Source: an uncultured Trueperaceae bacterium
GTDB taxonomy: Bacteria > Deinococcota > Deinococci > Deinococcales > Trueperaceae
DNA length: 64,000 bases
Direction: 5' to 3'
Assembly (NCBI GenBank): GCA_963727505.1
Contig: CAVSGP010000004.1
Span: 192,001-256,000, forward strand
The stretch's first letter is position 1. Every line of letters begins with the position of its first letter. Under the pieces are notes generated by a model that did not search any database, had not been told where the DNA came from, and saw only the letters and a program-made list of their open reading frames with translations. Positions 22,361-32,793 of the stretch are shown in pieces. Both the position numbers and the translations under genes were made by a program.

Positions 22361-23664
22361 GCGCCGGCGATCCGAGGAAAGCCACGCTATTGGTCCATCA
22401 CGCCGACGCTCTCGTCACGCTTGCCGGCCACGGCACGTCGCCGCTCACCGGCGCAGCCCTCGGTGAGCTGGGCATCATCGCCGACGGAGCGGTGGCCGCC
22501 GCGGGCGATCGCATCCTGGCCGTCGGACCCAGCGACCGCGTCGAGCGCGAGGTCTCGCTGGCCGAAGGCGCTCAGGTCATCGACGCGCGTGGCCGGACCG
22601 TCCTGCCGGGCTTCGTCGACCCCCACACCCACCTGGTGTACGCCGGCACCCGCGAGCGTGAATTCCCGCTGCGGCTGGCGGGCGCGTCCTACCTGGAGAT
22701 CCTGCAGGCGGGAGGGGGCATCCTGGGCACGGTCGGGGCCACGCGCGCCGCCGACGAAGCGACGCTGGCGCGGCTCACGCGCGAGCGTCTCGACACCGCA
22801 CTGCGCCACGGCACCACCACCCTGGAGATCAAGAGCGGCTACGGGCTCGACACCGCCACCGAGCTGAAGCAGTTGCGGGCCGCAAAGCGCGCCGGGCGCG
22901 GGCATCCCGTGCGGACCGTCGCCACCTTCATGGGCGCTCACGCCTTCCCAGCCGAATACCGCGACGACCCCGAAGGCTACGTCGATCTGGTGGTGGAGGC
23001 GATGATCCCGGCGGTGACCGAGTCCGCGCTCGCCACCTTCTGCGACGTCTTCTGCGAGGAGGGCGTGTTCAGCCCGGCTCAGTCCCGGCGCATCCTCGAG
23101 GCGGGGCGCGCTGCCGGCCTGCAGCCCAAGCTCCACGCCGACGAGCTCGCCAGCTCGGGTGGGGCGGAGTTGGCCGGCGAGCTGGACGCCGTCTCCGCCG
23201 ATCACCTGGTCTACGCCTCCGAAGCGGGGTTGGCGGCGATGGCGGCCGCGAAGGTGGTGGCCGTGCTGCTGCCCGGCACCACCTTCAGCCTGATGGGGAG
23301 CCGCTACGCGCCGGCCCGCCGCATGGTCGACGCCGGCGTGCCGGTCGCGCTGGCCACCGACGCCAACCCGGGTTCGAGCCCGACCGAGTCGATGCAGATG
23401 ATCGTCAACCTGGCGTGCCTGCAGCTCAAGCTCTCGCCCGAGGAGGCCATCGCTGCTGCCACGCTCAACGCCGCGCATGCCGTGGGCATGGCCGCCGAGG
23501 TGGGATCGCTCGAGGTGGGCAAACGCGCCGACCTGCTGGTGGTCGACGCGCCGAGCCCCGCCTATCTCGCCTACCACTACGGCACCAACCTTGCAGAACG
23601 TGTGATCGCCGGCGGGCGGGTGGCCTGGCAGCGCGACGCCCGGGACAGGGAGGACCGACCGTGA
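22357..23664 (+). CDS. hutI: Imidazolonepropionase
   Basis: [38 protein letters not shown]. Confidence 0.96.
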   Translation: MSAGDPRKATLLVHHADALVTLAGHGTSPLTGAALGELGIIADGAVAAAGDRILAVGPSDRVEREVSLAEGAQVIDARGRTVLPGFVDPHTHLVYAGTREREFPLRLAGASYLEILQAGGGILGTVGATRAADEATLARLTRERLDTALRHGTTTLEIKSGYGLDTATELKQLRAAKRAGRGHPVRTVATFMGAHAFPAEYRDDPEGYVDLVVEAMIPAVTESALATFCDVFCEEGVFSPAQSRRILEAGRAAGLQPKLHADELASSGGAELAGELDAVSADHLVYASEAGLAAMAAAKVVAVLLPGTTFSLMGSRYAPARRMVDAGVPVALATDANPGSSPTESMQMIVNLACLQLKLSPEEAIAAATLNAAHAVGMAAEVGSLEVGKRADLLVVDAPSPAYLAYHYGTNLAERVIAGGRVAWQRDARDREDRP

Positions 23665-24593
23665 GCGAACGCTACCCCGCCGATCTGGCGCCCACCGGCG
23701 TCGCCACCTTCTTCAAGGCGCCGCTGGTGGAGAGCTTCGAGGCGTGCAAGGGCAAGGTCGCGGTGCTCGGCGTGCCGCACGACCTGGGGGTGGGTTATCG
23801 CCCGGGCGCCCGTTTCGGGCCGCGCGCCGTGCGCGAGGCCTCCACCCGGCTGGGTCCGCTGCCTGCCGAGGGCGTCTTCGACGTCGAGCGCGACCGCCTG
23901 GTGCTGACCGGCACCTCCGTCGTGGACGCCGGCGACGTCGACGTGCTGCGCAGCCAGCCGGGCGCCACATTGGAGGCGGTCGAGGCCAGCGTGATGGCGC
24001 TGCTGCGAGCCGGCGCCTTCCCCGTGCTGATCGGCGGCGACCACTCCGTCACCGGCCCCGCCGTACGGGCACTGGCTGCCCAGGGGCCGCTTGGCGTGCT
24101 CCAGATCGACGCCCACCTCGACGTGACCGACGAGGTGATGGGCAGCCGCGACACCAGCAGCAGCCCGATGCGGCGCGCGTCCGAGGCGCCTCACGTCGAG
24201 CGCATCGTGCAGGTCGGCATCCGCGGCCCGCGGACCTCCCCGGCGGGCTACCGCGACGCCGAGGAACGGGGCAACCTGGTCCTCACGCGCGAGGCCATGC
24301 GCTCACAGGAGGGCTGGGACGCGCTACTGGACGCCGTGGCGGCCTTCGAACGGTGTTACGTCACGCTCGACATGGACGCCTTCGATCCCGCCTTCGCACC
24401 CGGCGTGTCCTCGCCGGAGCCCGGCGGCTTCGATTACCCCGAGGTCCGGAGGCTGCTGCGCGAGGTCGCCGCGCGAACCGCAATCGTCGGCTTCGACGTG
24501 ATGGAGACGAACCCCCTCGTGGACGGCAGCGGCGCGACTGCCTATCTCGCCGCCGTGGCGGCGCTGGAGCTGCTGGGCGCGATCTTCCCGTAA
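23661..24593 (+). CDS. Ureohydrolase (agmatinase/formimidoylglutamase family), probable HutG role
   Basis: GARFGP, GGDHS, DAHLD, DMDAFDPAFAPG; GTGA coupling to hutI. Confidence 0.85.
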   Translation: MSERYPADLAPTGVATFFKAPLVESFEACKGKVAVLGVPHDLGVGYRPGARFGPRAVREASTRLGPLPAEGVFDVERDRLVLTGTSVVDAGDVDVLRSQPGATLEAVEASVMALLRAGAFPVLIGGDHSVTGPAVRALAAQGPLGVLQIDAHLDVTDEVMGSRDTSSSPMRRASEAPHVERIVQVGIRGPRTSPAGYRDAEERGNLVLTREAMRSQEGWDALLDAVAAFERCYVTLDMDAFDPAFAPGVSSPEPGGFDYPEVRRLLREVAARTAIVGFDVMETNPLVDGSGATAYLAAVAALELLGAIFP

Positions 24594-24752
24594 GCCCGGC
24601 ACAGGCGCCGGGCCCCGCTCGGGCGTGGCCCCGACCGAGAGACGGCGCCCGCCCCGGCCCGCCGGCCACGCGCGGCGCCGCCGTCCGTCGAGCCTGCCAA
24701 CGGAGAGATTTCTAATCGTCCCGATCTCGCCATCCCGTAGAATGCTTCCGAC

Positions 24753-27700
24753 GTGAAAGACCGATGGGGGCTGAGCGTTCTGGGCCCTGCCGTGTTGCAG
24801 CGCCCGGGACGAGCGACGGAAACGCTAGAGAGGAAGGCCGCGGCGCTGCTGGCCTACGTGGCCATCGCCGGATCGACGCCGCGCGCCACGGTGGCAGGTC
24901 TGCTGTGGCCCAACGTGGTCGATGCGCGCGCCCGTAACAACCTCCGGCAGCTCCTGCACCGGCTCCGTACCTTCGAGGACCTACTCCAGCCGGGCGGCGA
25001 CCTGCGGCTCGGCGCCGTCACCGCGGACGTCACGGAATTGCAGGAGCTGCACGCTGCCGGCCACGCCGAAGCCATCGCCGAGCGCTGGGGCCTGCATGCG
25101 CCGATGCTGCTCGAGGACCACAGCTACGACGACTGCCCCGACCTGGCCGAATGGGTGATCGCCGAGCGCGAGCGCCTGCTCGACATCGTGCGTAGCAGCC
25201 TCGAGACGGAGGCCGACCGGCTCGAGGCTGCCGGCGACGTCCGGCGGGCGCTCCAGCTGGCGCAGCGGCTCTCCGCCCTCGATCCCCTGTCGGAAGTGGA
25301 CTACCGAAGGGTCATGCGACTCCACTATCTCTCCGGTGACCGGGGCCAGGCCATGGCCGCCTTCCGCCGCTGCCGCCAGATGCTGCGCGAGACGTTCGGG
25401 CTCGAGCCCCTCCCCGACACCGTGGAGCTTGCGAGAGCCATCGACAGCGGCTCGTCGGCCGCGCCACGTCCCCGCCCGACGGTAGCACTGCCGGTCACGC
25501 TCCTCCGGCCGCCGCGATTGCTGGGACGCGAGGCGGCGTGGCAGGCCCTCGAGGACGCCTGGCGGCGGGTGCACACCATCGTCGTGCTGGGCGAGCCGGG
25601 CATCGGGAAATCTCATCTGATGCACGACTTCGCCGCGACCCGGGGCGAAGCCCTGGTCACGCGCGGCATGCCCGGCGACCGTAACGTCGCCTACGCCAGC
25701 AAGGCGCGTTCGCTGGCAGCGATCCTGCGCGACCATCCGGATTACGCCGACGAGCCCTGGGTGCGCGACGAACTGGCACGCATCCTCCCCGACCTCTTCC
25801 CACGACCCGCCGGACAGGCGCCGATCACCGACGAGCCCCAGAAGCTCCGCCTGTTCGAGGCCGCCGCACGGGTCCTCGCCAGGGCCCTGGAGGGCAAGGC
25901 CGTGCTCGTGAACGAGGACGCTCACCAGTGGGACGACGCCAGCTTCGAGATGGGCGCGTACTTCGTCACGCGCTTCGCCGACGCGCCGGTCCGGGCCCTG
26001 GTCTCGTACCGCCCGGACGAGATGGGCCGAGCGAGGGTCCGCACCATGCGTGCCGCCGCCGAGAGCGGGCTGGCCGAGATCGTGACGCTCGAGCCGCTCG
26101 GGTTGGACGCCATCGAGGGCCTCATCGCCGAGACCGGCATGGCGGACGCGGCACCTCCCGCCTCCCTGGTCCTCCAGGTTTCGAGCGGGAATCCCTTCTA
26201 CGCCCTCGAGTTCCTGCGCAACGCCTGGCAGAAGGCCTCGGGCGACACTCCCGTTGGAGGCGACGCCCTTCCCAGCAGCGCGGCCGGTGTCCTCTCCGGT
26301 CGGATCGAGCGCCTGTCGCGCGCAGCAGCCGACGTGCTCCGGATGCGGGCGATGGCCGGCACAGCCTTCTCGATGGAGCTCGCAGCCGCCGTCCTGGAGG
26401 TGCCTTCCGGCTCGGTGCGGGCCGGGGTGGACGAGCTCGAGCGCCACCGGCTGCTGCACGAGGGCGAGCTGGCGCACGAGCTCGTGGCCGACGCCATCGA
26501 GGGCCGGACACCCCCCGAGGCCGCCCGGCTGTGGCACCGGCGGCTCGCCGTCCAACTCGAGGCCTTCGACGAAGCTCCCACCGCCATCGCCACGCACTAC
26601 CTGGCCGCGTGGGAGCCGACGCGCGCGTTCCCCCACCTGCTGCGCGCGGGGGACGGCGCCCGCGCGGTGTTCGCGCTCGAGGAGGCCGAGCGCTGGTACC
26701 TGCGCGCTCTCTGGACGGCCCCGAACGAGGCCGGGCGCGGCGACGCGCTCGTTCACCTGGACGACGTCGCGTCGCAGCGAGGACGCATCGAGGACGCCGA
26801 GGCGCTCCTGGGGGAGCTCGAGCGCGTCGCATCGACCCTGCAGGACCCCGTCCTTCTGATCGAGAGCGCGCTGCGGTGGGCGCGCTGGGCCACGGTGCGC
26901 GGCGAGCACTCGCTCGCTGCACGCAAGGCCCGCCAGGCGCTCGACGATGCCCTCGATCTCGGCGACGCCGAGCGCATCGACCGCGCCCGGCTGGCGCTCG
27001 GCGACATCGCCTACTTCTCCGGTGCCTACCCGGAGGGGCACGACCACTTCCTCGAGGTGACGCGCACGGGGCACGAGGCGCGGCGTCTACGCGCCTTCCA
27101 GCGCCTCGGCGCGCTGGAGGCCATGCGCGGCGACGTCGACGCGGCCTTCGAGCATCACCGCGAGGCCCTCACCCTTGCGCGCCGCCTGCACGACGTGCCA
27201 CTGATCGCGACCCTGCTCAACAGCCTGGGTGCCGACCGCGAGCGGCGGGGTGCCTACGAGCAGGCCATCGAACACTTCTCCGAGGCCGCCGAGGTCGCCC
27301 TGCGCGCAGCGGACCGCCGCACCGGCGCCATCGCCCTGTCCAACGCGTCGCTGACCGAGGTAAGCCGCGGCGCCCTGGCCGCCGCGCTCGGGCACGCCGA
27401 GCGCGCGCTGGAGGTCTCCGCCCCTCTCGGAGCCGACCGCTCCGCGGCGATGGCCAATTTCGCGCACGGTTACGCGCTGCGGCGTGTGGGCCGCTTCGGC
27501 CCCGCGCGCGCGGCGCTGCGCGAGGCGGCCCGGCTCCGCGAGGCGGCATCCGACGTACGCGGCGCCCTGGTAGCAAGGTTCAACCTGGCTGCCATCGACC
27601 TCGAGACCGCCAAGGGCGGCGACCGCGCCGCCGCGACGGCCCGGGTCGAGGCCGTGCTGGAGGAGCTGGCACAACTCAACATCCCGCAGTTCTACGCCTG

Positions 27701-28082
27701 GTGCCTCCTCGAGCAGGCGCTCCTGACAAGCGATCCGGGCCTGGTCCGTGAGCGCGTCGCGCAGGCCACCGAGCTGGATGACGGCGCCCACCTGCAACTC
27801 GCCGCCGCCGTGGCCGCCCTTCGCGGCGGCGTGCTGGCGGGCGCCAACGGCGCGGCCACCGCCATGAGGCGGTCCGTCCAAGAACGCCTCGAGGCCGGCC
27901 CCGTACTGGAGACCAGCTTCGCCTACCTGTTGCTGGCGCACACGGCCCCGTCAGCGGACGAGAGACGCGTGCTGCTCGAGCACGCCAACGCCCGTCTCGA
28001 TCAGGAGGTCGGCGTCCTCGGCAGAGCAGCGAAGAGGAGCCGCCGGGAGTACCTCGCGCGGCGGCTGCCGAGCGCCGACTGA
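24753..28082 (+). CDS. SARP/BTAD-AAA ATPase-TPR transcriptional regulator
   Basis: ARNNLRQLLHRL, DPLSE...R.M (BTAD), GEPGIGKS P-loop, GNPFY, TPR-like C-terminus. Confidence 0.9.
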   Translation: MKDRWGLSVLGPAVLQRPGRATETLERKAAALLAYVAIAGSTPRATVAGLLWPNVVDARARNNLRQLLHRLRTFEDLLQPGGDLRLGAVTADVTELQELHAAGHAEAIAERWGLHAPMLLEDHSYDDCPDLAEWVIAERERLLDIVRSSLETEADRLEAAGDVRRALQLAQRLSALDPLSEVDYRRVMRLHYLSGDRGQAMAAFRRCRQMLRETFGLEPLPDTVELARAIDSGSSAAPRPRPTVALPVTLLRPPRLLGREAAWQALEDAWRRVHTIVVLGEPGIGKSHLMHDFAATRGEALVTRGMPGDRNVAYASKARSLAAILRDHPDYADEPWVRDELARILPDLFPRPAGQAPITDEPQKLRLFEAAARVLARALEGKAVLVNEDAHQWDDASFEMGAYFVTRFADAPVRALVSYRPDEMGRARVRTMRAAAESGLAEIVTLEPLGLDAIEGLIAETGMADAAPPASLVLQVSSGNPFYALEFLRNAWQKASGDTPVGGDALPSSAAGVLSGRIERLSRAAADVLRMRAMAGTAFSMELAAAVLEVPSGSVRAGVDELERHRLLHEGELAHELVADAIEGRTPPEAARLWHRRLAVQLEAFDEAPTAIATHYLAAWEPTRAFPHLLRAGDGARAVFALEEAERWYLRALWTAPNEAGRGDALVHLDDVASQRGRIEDAEALLGELERVASTLQDPVLLIESALRWARWATVRGEHSLAARKARQALDDALDLGDAERIDRARLALGDIAYFSGAYPEGHDHFLEVTRTGHEARRLRAFQRLGALEAMRGDVDAAFEHHREALTLARRLHDVPLIATLLNSLGADRERRGAYEQAIEHFSEAAEVALRAADRRTGAIALSNASLTEVSRGALAAALGHAERALEVSAPLGADRSAAMANFAHGYALRRVGRFGPARAALREAARLREAASDVRGALVARFNLAAIDLETAKGGDRAAATARVEAVLEELAQLNIPQFYAWCLLEQALLTSDPGLVRERVAQATELDDGAHLQLAAAVAALRGGVLAGANGAATAMRRSVQERLEAGPVLETSFAYLLLAHTAPSADERRVLLEHANARLDQEVGVLGRAAKRSRREYLARRLPSAD

Positions 28083-28328
28083 CCGACCGGGCCCTCTCGA
28101 CCCGCGTTCATCCTCCCTTGACCTCCGGGGGCGCGCGCAGCACCCTCCGGCTGCGGGTCGATGATCGGGCACGAGCCCCCTCCCCGTCGGGGCTTCCACG
28201 CCGTTCCGGGTACGCGTCGACTCCGCCGGCGAGGCCGCAGACCGTCCGCGCCGTCCCCCCGCGGTTCATGGTGCTCTTTCCTGGAACCTGCCTGCTTCGG
28301 GCATGCTGCAGGCGGAGGTGGTCTCGCG

Positions 28329-30227
28329 ATGAGACGCGCCATGAGACAACTCGCCATGAGACATCGACGCGGGCTGACGCTAGCCGTGCTGTCCCTGACG
28401 GTCCTGCTCGGGGCCTGCAATCTCGTCCAGGATCCCACGTCCCCTCCCCCGCCGCCCCCCTCACCGACGACGCAGCTCACCGTGACGCCCAGCGTCCTGA
28501 ACGGCGTCACGACGGCCACCGTGGGCGTCACCGCCGGCGGCACATGGACGCTCAGCTCCGACCATCCCGGGTGGGTCGCGCTGCAGCCAGCTTCGGGCAG
28601 CGGGTCGACCCAGGTCACACTGACGGTCGACCCCTCCAGCCTTCCACCGGGGAGCTACAGCATCGGCCTCACCCTGAGCGCGGGAGGGACCACCTCCAGC
28701 GTGCACGTCCCCTTCAGCTTCCCGGACGTCACCCTCACGGTCACCCGGGGGGACACGCTCAGCAGCCAGGCCCTCGAGCCGACCGCCCCGAAGGCACCGA
28801 ACCCCGCCCTGCACACCTTCGCAGCCGGTCCAGGCGACCTCGTCGTGGGCGTCGGCAAGGTACCGTCGCAGGCCCCCGCGCTGGACCTCGCCCCGATCCG
28901 GGCGTCGCAGGGCGTACGTGTTCGCAGTGCGTTCGCGCGTGCCGGGGTCGTGACGGTCCACGCGCAGAACGCAGCGGCAGCAGCCCGCCACCTGTCGGCC
29001 CTCCCCGGCGTTCGCTACGTCGAGGCGGCCGTGACGCTCCAAGCCTTCTCCAACGACACCTTCCGCTCCGAGCAGTGGAACCTCGACAGGCTCTCGGCCG
29101 AACAGGCCTGGCCCTCGGGGGACGGGACCGGCCAGACCATCGCCATCCTCGACCGGGGCTTCGATCCCGCCCACCCCGATCTCAGCGGCAACGTGAGCGG
29201 CACGCATGACGCCGTCGGTGGCGGTAGCGACGTCATGGTGAGCGACTCCAGTTGTGGCTCCCACGGTACGCACGTGGCGGGCATCGCCGCCGCCGTCGCC
29301 AACAACGATCGCGGTGTGGCGGGCGTCGCCCCCGGCGCCGGGTTGCTGCTCGTCAACATCGGCGACGCCGCGGCCAGCGGCTGCGCCATGACCAACACCA
29401 CCCTCATCGATGGCCTGAACTACGTCACCAACGGCGGAAATGCGCGCGCACGGGTGGTCAACATGAGCCTGGGCGCCACGACCGATCTCGGACAGGGCGT
29501 GCGCGACGCCCTCTCGGCCGCGCAGTCCGCCGGCATCGTGCTCGTCGCCGCGGCCGGCAACGACCAGAACAACCAGCCCACCCCCGTCGCCTACCCGGCC
29601 GCCTACCCCGAGGTGCTCGCCGTGGGAGCGACCACGCGCACCGACGAGATCGCCTACTACAGCGATCGCGGCCCCAACCTGTGGGTGGTGGCGCCGGGAG
29701 GAGGTACCGCGTCGGGCCCCGGTCAGGCATCCGACCAGATCATCAGCACCTGGTACGACTGGAGCGTCTCACCCCCCACCGAGACCTACGCCTACGACCT
29801 GGGCACGAGCATGGCGAGCCCCGCCGTGGCGGCGATCGCCGCCCAGCTCCTCACCGCCCGTCCGGCTGCGACCCCCGATCAGATCGCCACCGCGCTGGCG
29901 AACGGCGCGACCGACCTCGGGGCCGCCGGCTTCGACACCACCTTCGGCTACGGCCTGGCGAACGCCGTCGCCAGCAAGCAGGCGCTGGCCGACACCAGCC
30001 CGTTGATCGTCGAGACCTCGGACGGCCGCAGCTTCGACGTGACGCGTGGCGTGCCCCTCACGATCCCCAACCTGCCCGCGGGCAGCGTGACGCTACGAGC
30101 CGGCACCGACGACAACGGCAGCGGCACCCTGGGCGATGCCGGCGGCGAGCTCTACGCTCAGACCACCGTGACCGTATCGTTCGACGCCCCCGAACCGCAG
30201 GTCGGCCTGGCCGTGACACCGCAGTGA
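28329..30227 (+). CDS. S8 subtilase lipoprotein with N-terminal BACON-like domain
   Basis: Lipobox LGAC; triad motifs ILDRG, HGTHVAG, GTSMASP; GGAGGT RBS; start could be ATG 28329, 28341 or 28356. Confidence 0.92.
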   Translation: MRRAMRQLAMRHRRGLTLAVLSLTVLLGACNLVQDPTSPPPPPPSPTTQLTVTPSVLNGVTTATVGVTAGGTWTLSSDHPGWVALQPASGSGSTQVTLTVDPSSLPPGSYSIGLTLSAGGTTSSVHVPFSFPDVTLTVTRGDTLSSQALEPTAPKAPNPALHTFAAGPGDLVVGVGKVPSQAPALDLAPIRASQGVRVRSAFARAGVVTVHAQNAAAAARHLSALPGVRYVEAAVTLQAFSNDTFRSEQWNLDRLSAEQAWPSGDGTGQTIAILDRGFDPAHPDLSGNVSGTHDAVGGGSDVMVSDSSCGSHGTHVAGIAAAVANNDRGVAGVAPGAGLLLVNIGDAAASGCAMTNTTLIDGLNYVTNGGNARARVVNMSLGATTDLGQGVRDALSAAQSAGIVLVAAAGNDQNNQPTPVAYPAAYPEVLAVGATTRTDEIAYYSDRGPNLWVVAPGGGTASGPGQASDQIISTWYDWSVSPPTETYAYDLGTSMASPAVAAIAAQLLTARPAATPDQIATALANGATDLGAAGFDTTFGYGLANAVASKQALADTSPLIVETSDGRSFDVTRGVPLTIPNLPAGSVTLRAGTDDNGSGTLGDAGGELYAQTTVTVSFDAPEPQVGLAVTPQ

Positions 30228-30278
30228 TCGCTCGGTAGGAGGCCCTGCCGGGGCGCGACCGACGGCTGGATCCGTAGT

Positions 30279-30345
30279 CCCGAGCTTGACTCTCTGGATT
30301 CTGCGCCGCTAGACTCGGTGCATACCCGAGTAATAAGCTCGGGAT
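30279..30345 (+). promoter_or_regulatory. Promoter TTGACT-18-TAGACT with two CCCGAG-N7-CTC(G/T)GG operator copies
   Basis: -35 30286-30291, -10 30310-30315; palindromes at 30279-30297 (1 mismatch) and 30325-30343 (perfect). Confidence 0.7.
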
Positions 30346-30454
30346 TCTTCGGTGGCAGCCAATCCGGCGCCCTGCAGGGCGCCGTTGCCGCCTCCATGAA
30401 CCGGCTGAGAGGGGGCGGCCCCTGGGACCGTCTCCTGTGAAAGGAACCGGACGC

Positions 30455-31450
30455 ATGCCTTCGCCCGCCACGCGCCGTTCGCGGCCGCTCCCCGACGGTC
30501 CGATCCGATCGGCCGCCTTTGCCCTGGTGCTAGCGCTCGCCGCGGCGGGCGCCCAACCCGCCCCGGCGGTCGCGCCGTCCGAGGTCGTCGACCTGTTCCG
30601 GCTCGAGGCCCGGGCTCACGCCGCGGCGAGCCTGAGCACGGACGGCCACACCGACGACGCCCGTGCGCAACTCGACGGCGCCGCGAACGGTCCGGTCGCG
30701 GCGCTCACGGCCACCCCTGACTTCGATTCCCTGCTCGCAGACGTCGGCAAGTTGCGCGCTGCCGTGCAGCGCGGGGATGGGCGTGCCGCACGCGAGGCGG
30801 CCGCCCGCATCGACGCCATCGTCCGCGACCGGACCGTGGCCCGGCTCGACGGCGCCGATGCCGTGCAGGCCGTGCTGATCGCGCTGGTGCGCGAGGCCGG
30901 CCGGGAGGGGCTCGAAGCCGCCAACGCCGCCGGCGTCCCGGCATCCACCGAGCCCCAGGCCTACGCCTCCGCGCTGGCGGACGTCGCCCTCGACCTTGCG
31001 CGGGAGCACGGCGCCGCCGGCACGACCCGGGATGCGTTGGCCACCCTGCAAAGCGCGCTCGGGGCCCCCGGCGGTTCCGGCACGGGGGCCGAGGTCATCC
31101 GCTCGTCGGCCGACAACGCCCTGGCGGCGCTGGGGGCGCCTGCCAGCGCAGCCGATACCGAGCGGCTCTTCGCTGCGATCGACCACGATCTCGACCTCGC
31201 CGAGGCGCGCTACCGCGCGGGGGACGTCGCCGGCGCACGCGAGGCGCTCATCGACGCCTACCTGGAGAACTTCGAGGACCTCGAACCCCCGCTCGTGGAC
31301 GCCGCGCCCGACCTCAAGGAGCGCCTCGAACACACCCTGCGTGACGGATTGCGTTCGCTGGCGGCGCAGGGCGTCTCGCCCGACCGCTTCGAGGCGGCCG
31401 TGGAGAACACGCGGGCCGATCTGGAGCGCGCGCGGGAGGCGCTGCAGTGA
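30455..31450 (+). CDS. Exported all-helical protein with FTR1-periplasmic-like C-terminal domain
   Basis: Signal peptide; YRAGDVAGAREALIDAYLENFEDLEPPL resembles YRSGEVDKAFQLSRSAYLDHFEYAEPKL in the next gene. Confidence 0.7.
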   Translation: MPSPATRRSRPLPDGPIRSAAFALVLALAAAGAQPAPAVAPSEVVDLFRLEARAHAAASLSTDGHTDDARAQLDGAANGPVAALTATPDFDSLLADVGKLRAAVQRGDGRAAREAAARIDAIVRDRTVARLDGADAVQAVLIALVREAGREGLEAANAAGVPASTEPQAYASALADVALDLAREHGAAGTTRDALATLQSALGAPGGSGTGAEVIRSSADNALAALGAPASAADTERLFAAIDHDLDLAEARYRAGDVAGAREALIDAYLENFEDLEPPLVDAAPDLKERLEHTLRDGLRSLAAQGVSPDRFEAAVENTRADLERAREALQ

Positions 31451-32793
31451 CACCGGCCCGGGCCACAACCGCGCTGGCGACCACGGCGCTGGCGACCACG
31501 GCGCCGGCGAGCGCAGCGCCAGCCACCGTCCGCCCCCGCCGCCTGGCGCCGCGCTCGTTCACCGTGCTGCTCGCGCTGGCGCTGGCTACGACGCTGCTGG
31601 CGTTGTTCCCGCAGGCACGCGCCCAGCAGAAGGTCGATGTCGGCGCCGAACTGCACACCGCCCACGACATGGTCGCTCGTAGCCTGCGCCTCTACCGCTC
31701 CGGCGAGGTCGACAAGGCCTTCCAGCTCTCGCGCTCGGCCTACCTCGACCACTTCGAGTACGCCGAGCCCAAGCTGCGGGTGCTCGACCCCGACCTGATC
31801 CTGGACACGGAATTCCTCTTCGCCAACCTCCGCAACTCCATGAAGGCGGGCGCCCCCATGAGCCAGATCGACGGCGCCGCCACCAAGATCTACGCCAACT
31901 TGCTGCGCGCTGAGACCGTGATCAGCGGCACCGGTGCGCTAGCGCCGACGCTGGCCGCGGGCGGGAGCTTCTTCATCCTGTTCCGCGAGGGGCTGGAGGT
32001 CGTGCTGCTGCTGGGCGCGATCCTGGCCTACCTGCGAAGCACCCGCAACGACCGGCTCGCACCCGGCGTGTGGTACGGCTTGCTGGCTGCGCTGGCCGCT
32101 ACGGGCCTCACCTACGTCGCCGCATCGACCGTGCTGCGCTTCGCGCCCGCCTCGCGCGAGTTGCTCGCGGGCATCACCAGCGTGGTGGCGGTGGGCATCC
32201 TGTTCTACCTGAGTTTCTGGATGTTGCAGCAGAGCGACCGGCGACGCCACATGGAGTTCATGCGGGCGCGGCTCGGCCAGGCGGTGCAGCGTGGCAGCCT
32301 CCTCGCCGTTGCGGGGGCCGCGTTCGCCAGCGTCTACCGCGAAGGGTTCGAGACCGTGCTGCTCTACCAGGCGCTGGTCGGCGTCAGCGGGCCGGTGATG
32401 GGCTACCTGTGGCTCGGGCTGGCCCTCGGGGTGGTCGCCCTTGCGCTGGTGGCGTTCCTGATCCTGCGCCTTCAGCGCAGGCTGCCCCTGCAGGTGTTCT
32501 TCCGGGTCGCCGTCACCGTCACCGCGCTGCTGGCCGTCGCCTTCGCGGGCAACGCCGTGCGGGCGCTCCAGGGTGCCGGCTGGCTGCCGATCACCAACCT
32601 CCTGGGGACGTTGCCGCGCCTCAACCCAAGCCTCGCGGCGCTGACCGGCTTCCACCCCACCCTCGAAACCGTGCTGGCGCAGGTCTGCTTGATCGGCGTC
32701 TACGCGGTCGGGATGGTAGCATTCCTCCTGCGTCGGGGCCGGCTCAGGGCTCAACGTGCCGCCACCGCGACGGGTGAGACGTCCTCGAGCTGA
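31447..32793 (+). CDS. FTR1/EfeU family iron permease with N-terminal periplasmic domain
   Basis: Two RExxE motifs (REGLE, REGFE), about 7 TM segments; GTGA overlap with the upstream gene. Confidence 0.93.
   Translation: MTPARATTALATTALATTAPASAAPATVRPRRLAPRSFTVLLALALATTLLALFPQARAQQKVDVGAELHTAHDMVARSLRLYRSGEVDKAFQLSRSAYLDHFEYAEPKLRVLDPDLILDTEFLFANLRNSMKAGAPMSQIDGAATKIYANLLRAETVISGTGALAPTLAAGGSFFILFREGLEVVLLLGAILAYLRSTRNDRLAPGVWYGLLAALAATGLTYVAASTVLRFAPASRELLAGITSVVAVGILFYLSFWMLQQSDRRRHMEFMRARLGQAVQRGSLLAVAGAAFASVYREGFETVLLYQALVGVSGPVMGYLWLGLALGVVALALVAFLILRLQRRLPLQVFFRVAVTVTALLAVAFAGNAVRALQGAGWLPITNLLGTLPRLNPSLAALTGFHPTLETVLAQVCLIGVYAVGMVAFLLRRGRLRAQRAATATGETSSS

Noticed and set aside
30346..30450. 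Riboswitch in the iron-cluster leader (GGCGCCCTGCAGGGCGCC hairpin)
   Set aside because: No recognisable riboswitch consensus; one GC hairpin is not enough. An Rfam/Infernal scan would settle it
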